A stretch of DNA of 23,673 bases from an uncultured delta proteobacterium (GTDB taxonomy: Bacteria; Desulfobacterota; Syntrophobacteria; BM002). The stretch spans positions 1 to 23,673 of the forward strand of contig CAVQGX010000028.1 of the NCBI GenBank assembly GCA_963712115.1, in the 5' to 3' direction. Made by a program: the position numbers and the translations under genes. The first letter of the stretch is position 1. Each line of letters starts with the position of its first letter. A model generated the notes under the pieces. The model was not told where the DNA came from and did no database searches. It saw nothing but the letters and a program-made list of their open reading frames with translations. This document shows, piece after piece, positions 17,039-23,673 of the stretch.

Positions 17039-17135
17039 CCAATCTTCCTTGCTGCTCATCCACCGCAGCAGATAGATGTTATTTCTTTGAAGTAAGTTGC
17101 TATTTAACAAACTCTTGCGCGTTGTTGCAACCTTA

Positions 17136-17581
17136 GCCCGGATATTTCATGAATTCACGCCCTGGCGTGACTGCGACCACTTCAAGATCTCAGATTTCAG
17201 ATTTTAGATTTCAGACTGATGGGTGTCTGATGCAAACCGGTTATTTGAGTAAAACAAGAATACAACTTTAACTTCCACCGTCTGCCTTGTCTTACTCGGT
17301 CTTGCGCAATCTCAAATCCGCAATCTGCAATCCATAATCGTCCTTCTTGGCGTCCTCTGGTGTTCCTTCGACAGGCTCCCCGCGACGACGCTCGGGACGG
17401 GCAGGACAAGCTCACCCTGCGACGCGCCGTTCGGGAACCAACACCCCGCCGTTGCCAGGTGGCCCGTCCATCCTCTTCGCGCTCGCTTCGCTCGGCTCAA
17501 GCCCTTACCGCAAGCGGTATCTGCGACAAGCGGGTTCCCAATTACGCGGTCTCGCGACAGCAATTCATGAAATATCCGGGC
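17136..17581. mobile_element. MITE with 20-bp perfect TIRs and TA on both flanks
   Basis: TA|GCCCGGATATTTCATGAATT ... AATTCATGAAATATCCGGGC|TA; no transposase inside. Confidence 0.85.
17185..17339. repeat. Heptamer-periodic inverted array inside the MITE
   Basis: AGATCTC AGATTTC AGATTTT AGATTTC ... CAATCTC AAATCCG CAATCTG CAATCCA TAATC. Confidence 0.75.
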
Positions 17582-17713
17582 TAGGTCACCAGTTGGCCTG
17601 TACGTTTGGTTGTTGGGGTCTTGCATTTGTGGTAAGCTGGGAAGTCGTCACGGCATCGACCTGGTAGAGGAGAAATCCTCCGAGAAATAGTCTTTTAACT
17701 GCGAGTTGCTTCT

Positions 17714-18313
17714 ATGGAAAAAGAAAGAAGGCGACATTTGAGAGCCAGACTCGATTGGCCTGTCAGTATTCATATCGGAGAAGAGTCCTTGGAACGGGTA
17801 ACATTCGACATCGGCCCGAGTGGTGCGTTTGTCCACGGCTTGTCCCTCATAGAGCTGTATGAAGTCTTTGATATGACCGTTATTGGACCTGACCGTCCAA
17901 TGACGACCAAAGCAAGGGTGGTCTGGTCGAGAAATGAAGTGGTTCCAGGACTGGAACAGGATATGCCGCGTGGCATGGGTGTCGAGTTCATCAAGATCTC
18001 TGATGAAGACCGGAAATTCGTTTCCTCTTTCATTTCAGGTCTTGATTTTGCCGTGTACTTGGAATCCAAGGCTGCACATGAAGTTGAGGACGGGTTGATA
18101 GAGGAACATCTGATAGAGAAGCAGAAGGAAGAAGACAAGATTAACCCTGCTCAAAAATCACCCAAAAAATGCCCCCGAGGCCACAAACATGTGTCCTGGT
18201 CTGCCGATGAAGACTATCTTTTCTGTTGGGACTGCAATGCATGGTATGGTCTCGCTGAGTGTGTTAATCCGAAGAATGGTGATTCCTCAAGTGGTACTGA
18301 TTCAGAGGGCTAA
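17714..18313 (+). CDS. PilZ-domain protein with a C-terminal putative zinc ribbon
   Basis: RRRHLR, DIGPSG, VVW and GMGVEF; then CPRGH...CWDC. Confidence 0.85.
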   Translation: MEKERRRHLRARLDWPVSIHIGEESLERVTFDIGPSGAFVHGLSLIELYEVFDMTVIGPDRPMTTKARVVWSRNEVVPGLEQDMPRGMGVEFIKISDEDRKFVSSFISGLDFAVYLESKAAHEVEDGLIEEHLIEKQKEEDKINPAQKSPKKCPRGHKHVSWSADEDYLFCWDCNAWYGLAECVNPKNGDSSSGTDSEG

Positions 18314-18575
18314 TTTCTTTGGCTGACCAGATCAAACCAGTCAAAGTCTACAGGGTCAAGCGGTCCGATTGCAGGGCGGCTTGATGGTTAAACCAGAAGA
18401 TAAAGTGTGTCATGGGTTTCGGCCCTCTTCCCATGAGCACGCCGATTTATATCAAATTGGTGGTTTTACATATTGAGTGAATCCCGCGCCGTGCACTATG
18501 ACAAGCAGCGGGCAGTGGCAGAAGTTACAAAAATATGCAGCAATTTGAATGGTCCTAATCATGAGGCGATTCCTA

Positions 18576-19184
18576 TTACCTCACCTTCAACTTTAATTTC
18601 TTAATTATCAATTTCTGCTTTTTCTCAAGGTTTTGATAATCCTCACGTAGCTTATCTACCTGAGCTTTAATACTTGGCAACTCTTGTACAGATTCCGAAA
18701 ACAAAGATATTGAATCGGGAATAGAGCTAACCGCTTGTGACAGATTGTTCAGAGCAGCTAACTGTCTTTCCGAAACCTCCGAGAATCTGTCAACTACCGC
18801 TACTTGATCTTTCGAATCCTTCCAGCTCAAGTAGCTAACCCCGACATAGGCTATCGTTATTAGGAATAAGGCCACTGTGAAAGCAGCAAGTATCCTCATA
18901 GGCCAAATCAATTTCTGCTGCTGCTGAATCAAATTACTGGCGTAATAGGTGCTCTCACGCTGATATTCAGCCAGGTTTTTTGTGTACGAAAGGCTCTCTT
19001 GTTGTTGCGCTACAAGATGCTGATGGAGTTCGACGATTCTCTTCTGTCGCTCGATTGACTCCAAGGCAGATTTAATCTCGAATGCAGCTCGTGCTAGTTG
19101 ATAGCCAGTTCTGCCGGGATGAGAAGAATGCAATATCAATTGATCCTGGATTTTTTCCCAATCATCTTCGTATCTAACTTGCAT
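18576..19184 (-). CDS. Hypothetical single-TM coiled-coil protein
   Basis: GAGGTGA RBS; Gln-rich helix, central TM helix, helical tail. Confidence 0.7.
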   Translation of the reverse strand: MQVRYEDDWEKIQDQLILHSSHPGRTGYQLARAAFEIKSALESIERQKRIVELHQHLVAQQQESLSYTKNLAEYQRESTYYASNLIQQQQKLIWPMRILAAFTVALFLITIAYVGVSYLSWKDSKDQVAVVDRFSEVSERQLAALNNLSQAVSSIPDSISLFSESVQELPSIKAQVDKLREDYQNLEKKQKLIIKKLKLKVR

Positions 19185-19580
19185 GAATCACCTCGCTCTC
19201 TATTCGTTGGGAATTCCTCAACGTCCTTGGTACTTTGGCCGGGGACCTTATCACCTCGCTTTCTCCGGTTGTCTTCTTTGTGCAACTTACCGTGGATTAA
19301 TTTTCCGTTATATTTCCACAGCCATCTTTTCCGGTAGGAATCCACTCCTCATGGTTGGATTTCTCTCTTAAGGCTGATTAGACCCCCCCTTTGTCAAGCA
19401 GTAAATCCATTTGGGATAGCAACTTCTGTTTCCACTTACACGGAGCTTCGGTGTTGATGAGAACTGGGAGGTTAAATCTTAGACTTATGTCAAAAGATGG
19501 TCCACCCTTGATCTACTCCAAGATTTTCTGCCGGGCCTTGTCACGCTGATAAATGATAAACTAGATAAGATGTAAAGTTT

Positions 19581-19772
19581 ATCCTAATGTTGCAGACCCA
19601 TTCCGAGGAAAAACGCGCAAAAACGCGCCAGATGTGGCTGCGCACAGGCTCGGACAGGTCGAGGCGTACTTGACCCTACGTGAAGTCCTGTCCGAGGTGA
19701 GCACAGCCTCAGATGGCGTGCTATCGCGCGAGCGCAGCGGTCTTTGCCGGTTTGGGTTTGCAACATTAGGGT
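19581..19772. mobile_element. 192-bp MITE with ~20-bp TIRs and an internal hairpin
   Basis: ATCCTAATGTTGCAGACCCA ... TGGGTTTGCAACATTAGGGT; internal CTCGGACAGG/CCTGTCCGAG stem; a second copy begins at 23602. Confidence 0.85.
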
Positions 19773-19896
19773 TTACTATGAGTTCGGTTAGAACTTCACG
19801 TTTTCTGTCAGAGGTTGATTTCCTTACTTTTTGTCCAGGTTTCAACATTAGTCATTATACGTTGCATTGCCAGGTGGCGGAGTAAGTTTTTTTCAC

Positions 19897-19927
19897 TTGA
19901 CAAGGGCGAAAATATTCATGGTATAGT
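19897..19927 (+). promoter_or_regulatory. Sigma70 promoter (extended -10) upstream of the carboxypeptidase gene
   Basis: TTGACA-19 bp-TATAGT with a TGn extension. Confidence 0.5.
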
Positions 19928-20094
19928 TACCACGCTGCTCTGTCCATGCTTTCATTCGCTGGGTTTTCCCCAGTGCCTACTGTAGTCCAGATTGTCTTCC
20001 CACTGTAAAGTCAAAAATATTGGGCTCAGATTTAGGGCGCTCTAGTGCGATCTGTTTTGGCCCCACAACTTGAGATAAGAACAAGGAGTTCTCA

Positions 20095-21375
20095 ATGCAG
20101 CGAAGACTGAGAAAAAGAGCGTCGCACCTTATCTTTTGGCTCACTCTCACCATTTATATGGGCTCACCTAAAGTCATTTGGGCAAGAGATATTTTGCCAC
20201 ATCCTTTTGACGTAGATGTTCGCAGTGCAGTGCTTTTGGACGCCAAATCTGGCGAGTTTGTCTATGGGAAGAATCCTGAGGAGAGGATCAAACCTGCAAG
20301 CCTTGTAAAAATCCTCACACTCTTCCTGGTATTCGACGCAGTTGAGAATGGTCAGGTCAGTCTAGAGGACAACGTACTGGTCAGCAAAAAGGCTTGGCGG
20401 ACTAGAGGTTCTAAAATGTTTATCGAAGTTGGCACTCAAGTGCCACTTGTTGAACTTGTTAAAGGTATTGCAGTGGTCTCAGGAAATGATGCGTGTGTAG
20501 CCGTTGGCGAGTTTCTCCAAGGCAGCGAGCAGGCTTTTGTAGAGAAGATGAATGAAAAACTGGACGATCTCGGGATGCGAGATACCAGAGTTCAGACTAC
20601 AAATGGCTTGCCAGCTTCGGATCAATACACTACTGCTGCAGATATGGCCTTGTTGGCAAGGGCCTATGTTCGGACACATCCCGAGGCGCTTCAGTACCAC
20701 AAATTAACAAAGTTTACCAGTGAAGGTGTCAGCCAGCGCAATCGAAATGGACTTCTCTGGCTTGATCCCTCGGTGGACGGTCTCAAAACAGGATATATCT
20801 CTCGAGCAGGCTACCACCTCGTAGCCACTGCCCGCAGAGAAGATCAGCGTTTCATTGCTGTGGTTATGGGTGCAAAGAATCCAAAGGTTAGAGAGCGTGA
20901 GGCCTTGCGCCTACTAAACTATGGCTTCAGAAATTATGTCTCGGTGCCTCTCTTCGAAAAAGGCCAGGTGCTGCTGCAACTTCCAATCTGGAAAGGAACA
21001 GCCGAGAAGGTGGGATTGGTGGTCGCCAAAAGCGAGGTGATCACTGTTCCCATTCCCCTAAGAAATTTTGTTTCGCGGCAGTTTGAGGCTCCTGAACAGC
21101 TCTTAGCGCCGATTCGGAGAGGTCAGCACCTCGGACAAGTATTGATTACTGCTAACCATAAGGTGCTTAAGTCGATAGCACTTGTCGCTGATCGGGAAGT
21201 GGTTCAGGGCGGCTTACTCAAAAGGACTGTGGATACTATAGCTCTCCAGTGCAAGGCTCATAATATGCGCCTAATATCTGTCATTATTCTTTCCGCTGTC
21301 GTACCTTCGTTTCTGTGGTGCAAGAGTCGGAGACGACAGAACCGCAGAAGACGAACCCGATATCTATCTGTCTAA
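20095..21375 (+). CDS. dacA: D-alanyl-D-alanine carboxypeptidase (peptidase S11, PBP5/6-type)
   Basis: SxxK (PASLVK), SxN (SGNDA) and KTG motifs; GSKMF; PBP5 C-terminal domain; C-terminal TM anchor; AAGGAG RBS. Confidence 0.92.
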   Translation: MQRRLRKRASHLIFWLTLTIYMGSPKVIWARDILPHPFDVDVRSAVLLDAKSGEFVYGKNPEERIKPASLVKILTLFLVFDAVENGQVSLEDNVLVSKKAWRTRGSKMFIEVGTQVPLVELVKGIAVVSGNDACVAVGEFLQGSEQAFVEKMNEKLDDLGMRDTRVQTTNGLPASDQYTTAADMALLARAYVRTHPEALQYHKLTKFTSEGVSQRNRNGLLWLDPSVDGLKTGYISRAGYHLVATARREDQRFIAVVMGAKNPKVREREALRLLNYGFRNYVSVPLFEKGQVLLQLPIWKGTAEKVGLVVAKSEVITVPIPLRNFVSRQFEAPEQLLAPIRRGQHLGQVLITANHKVLKSIALVADREVVQGGLLKRTVDTIALQCKAHNMRLISVIILSAVVPSFLWCKSRRRQNRRRRTRYLSV

Positions 21376-21609
21376 AAGGGATTTGTCTTTCTCACTTTCC
21401 CGCTTACGACAACCGGCTTTATACCAAACGGAGCAACACCGGTCGCTAGGATGTTCCAACCCCTCATGCTTCCCACCTGCCTGCCCATATGTGATTTTAC
21501 CTTTTGTCATAAGGATTGGCATATATTTTCCATATTCTTTGAGTAGATTTCTTAAAGTAATGTTGGTTAAGCAACTAAAATGTAAAGAAAAATTCTCTTC
21601 TATTTAAGT

Positions 21610-21625
21610 TGGCGCAATTCTTTCA
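21610..21625 (+). promoter_or_regulatory. Sigma54-like promoter homologous to the 16950 module
   Basis: TGGCGCAATTCTTTCA; upstream TGGCA-N6-TTCCA at 21517. Confidence 0.45.
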
Positions 21626-21921
21626 AAGTGTGGTATAGTTCTATTACCACTTTTCCGAGGGAACAACAATTGAGTCACCCAAGTCGAGAGCTGGAGATTT
21701 CTTTGTAGTAGCCGTCCTGATGATACTCGCAACACTGCTGATTGCGAACCTTATTTCCAACGCATCCTGCTTATCTGTTAGCATAGCGTGCGGTGCAATT
21801 TATCCACCTCCTGGATGCTGCACCACCCAATTCGGCAGGTGAGCAGAATGGGGGGCTTTTGTAGATTCGCCTGGCATTGAATGCAGCAGATGGAATTATC
21901 ATTCGGGCAGGAGATAAAACT

Positions 21922-22185
21922 ATGAAAATCTTTTTAGTTCTTCTGCTATTTCTTTTTCTCGGATGCACATCATCTCCACCTCCCACGTGGAACCATCCTG
22001 ACAAGACAGACAAGGAGTTTAGAGAAGATGTGGAAGAATGCCGTTTTTTGTCGACCAAATCCGATGGCACGGGGATGGGAGGCTCAAAAGTCACGGATCA
22101 ATCAAGGCTTTTTGAGCAGTGCATGAAAATGCGGGGTTACCATCTGGGGCAGAAGGAGGCAAAGGAATCTGAACCAAAGAGATAG
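21922..22185 (+). CDS. Small lipoprotein
   Basis: AGGAG RBS; MKIFLVLLLFLFLGC lipobox; W..PDKT..EF.ED..EC and FEQCM..RGY Cys pair. Confidence 0.8.
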   Translation: MKIFLVLLLFLFLGCTSSPPPTWNHPDKTDKEFREDVEECRFLSTKSDGTGMGGSKVTDQSRLFEQCMKMRGYHLGQKEAKESEPKR

Positions 22186-22319
22186 AAGACACGCCTAAAC
22201 TCTCCTTGTCTGCCTCATTGCATTTCTCTTCCATCCCTCACCTCCATTGTGTCAGGTGCCCAGCAGTAGGCTCGGAGCGAAGGCTCAACTTTCACCAGAT
22301 CCCTGCTTAGCCCAGGCCG

Positions 22320-22922
22320 CTATGGTGCTTGCCAGATGACATTGCCTTTTTCGTTGAATAAGATCAATGATGAAAGAGGCCGCTTGTCGATTACTCCGGT
22401 TTGAGTATGTTTCAGATCAGCGAATCCAAGAACGACACGATTATTACCTTTGGCGTTTTTCAATGCCAGATGTGGTCTCCCTTCTATGTCTAATGCCAAG
22501 ATAGCTCTTTCAACTCCTTTCTTGTCCATCAAGAGTATAGCGGGCCATTCGTCCTCTGTACTCATTAGCCTCGTTAAGCCAATCTGTAACCGGAGACCGC
22601 TTTTATCTCGCATAGTAAGAGCTGGCGTTCCCTGACCGACTGAAAAACCAGCCCTATAACGGCCGTTCTCATCGTAGTAATGAAGTCCGGGTTCACCATT
22701 TTGATCTACCGCCAACTTGATACGGGGTTTGCGGTCCAAACCTAATAGAATTATCTCCCTTGCCATAATAACTCTAAGTTCAGGAGATATTTCTGCGATC
22801 TTCTTGGTTGCTTCCCTGGCAAACACAAGTTGATTACTGAAGAACCAACTTGATACCATCCCACCTGCTAGGCCAGCCGCCAAGGCCAGCAATGCCAGCG
22901 AAATGTATTGTTTCCTGCTCAT
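22320..22922 (-). CDS. Hypothetical exported protein with repeated beta-hairpin motifs
   Basis: GAGGAGG RBS; N-terminal TM helix; repeated P-x-L-x3-D-x2-G-x2-R units. Confidence 0.78.
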   Translation of the reverse strand: MSRKQYISLALLALAAGLAGGMVSSWFFSNQLVFAREATKKIAEISPELRVIMAREIILLGLDRKPRIKLAVDQNGEPGLHYYDENGRYRAGFSVGQGTPALTMRDKSGLRLQIGLTRLMSTEDEWPAILLMDKKGVERAILALDIEGRPHLALKNAKGNNRVVLGFADLKHTQTGVIDKRPLSSLILFNEKGNVIWQAP

Positions 22923-23601
22923 CTCTTCCTCCTCATTTGTACCGCCGAAGTGTTTGATTCAACTCCTCCGTGCCAACTCTGTCGCAAAAAACGACTACGC
23001 TATTGATCTTTGAAAATAAAGGTGCGCTCTACGAGCAGTATCTAGTGCAGGTTAAGAGAACTACTTACAGCTTACAAAAAGGCTGGATTGCTTGCAATAA
23101 TAATCGCTGCCTACGTGCGCTTAGCCGAGCAAAATGGTGGTTTTCCCGGTTGACAGGGACAACCTCACCCACGATATAAGACATGGGCGTGGTAATGAGG
23201 TCATTGCTTGCTTCAAGTTTTTTGCCCCAAACACGAGCTCCCATTGGCCCTGACTGGACTGGTCGATGGGGGTATATTTTGTTGACTGCCCACAGCACTC
23301 TGTGCCACATTCAATCCCACCCGATTGTAAATTAAGGGATGTGAAGTTTCGAAGTCGATCGCTAGTATGCCATATAACTCGATCAAACGAAGTGACTCTC
23401 TCTTTCTGACCCGGGTTAGCCGAGGCGCAATGGTATTTTTTCTATTGACACATTGAGCACCAGTTGTGATAGAGTGAAATTGCTGCGCTGTAAGGCTTTT
23501 GGACCCTACTTCCAGATGCCCCATCCATCTCTCGTTTTTTGCCCACCTGATTCCCAGACTTATATGCCATTTTGAACAGGAAAGTTATATTACTTGTCTT
23601 T

Positions 23602-23673
23602 ACCCTAATGTTGCATACCTACACCGGTAAAAACCTCTGCGCTCGCGCGATAGTCCCGCCTATAATTGTGCGC
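23602..23673. mobile_element. Partial second copy (inverted) of the 19581-19772 MITE
   Basis: ACCCTAATGTTGCATACCTACACCGGTAAAAACCTCTGCGCTCGCGCGATAG aligns to the reverse complement of the right end of the first copy. Confidence 0.8.

Noticed and set aside
17197-17667. Several overlapping ORFs within the 17.1-kb MITE
   Set aside because: No transposase motifs; products of GC-rich repeat sequence.
18356-18440. Two imperfect hairpins between convergent genes, as a possible ncRNA
   Set aside because: More simply explained as terminators; no promoter or known motif.
19579-19885. ORFs across the 19.6-kb MITE
   Set aside because: They overlap the TIRs and hairpin and lack an RBS or recognisable motifs.
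22970-23524. Short ORFs on both strands
   Set aside because: No RBS or motifs, and they overlap one another.
1-23673. tRNA, rRNA, CRISPR array or c-di-GMP riboswitch
   Set aside because: No matching consensus was found by eye; an Infernal/tRNAscan-SE run would be needed to exclude them fully.

Overview
A gene-dense, mosaic accessory region. The gene content (several single-domain PilZ proteins, MucR, sigma54-type promoters, a CFI-type C-terminus) suggests a Desulfobacterota/deltaproteobacterial genome; this is an inference. Recognisable genes: azlCD, a LysM plus DUF4015-like glycoside hydrolase, three PilZ proteins, an orphan Pycsar-effector-like (DUF5706) membrane protein, MucR/Ros with a Lys/Ala tail, an MCE/MlaD protein, LapA-like and GlsB/YeaQ proteins, clsB, a four-repeat PKD-like secreted protein, two small Cys-rich TRASH-like proteins, an FN3 plus Ig secreted protein and a D-Ala-D-Ala carboxypeptidase. 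Remnants of an integrase, a thioesterase and DUF2141 lie at 8.2-10 kb. The non-coding DNA holds at least three families of TIR-bounded MITE-like elements, three heptamer-periodic inverted arrays, and a recurring module of a sigma54-like promoter with an upstream TGGCA-N6-TKCCM site, one copy of which may drive a ~60-nt sRNA. The most intriguing protein-level signal is an FN3 protein that lacks its first beta-strand at the N-terminus but carries such a strand at its extreme C-terminus, suggesting strand complementation or polymerisation. No tRNA, rRNA or CRISPR array was seen. All family assignments come from motif recognition by eye, not database searches.
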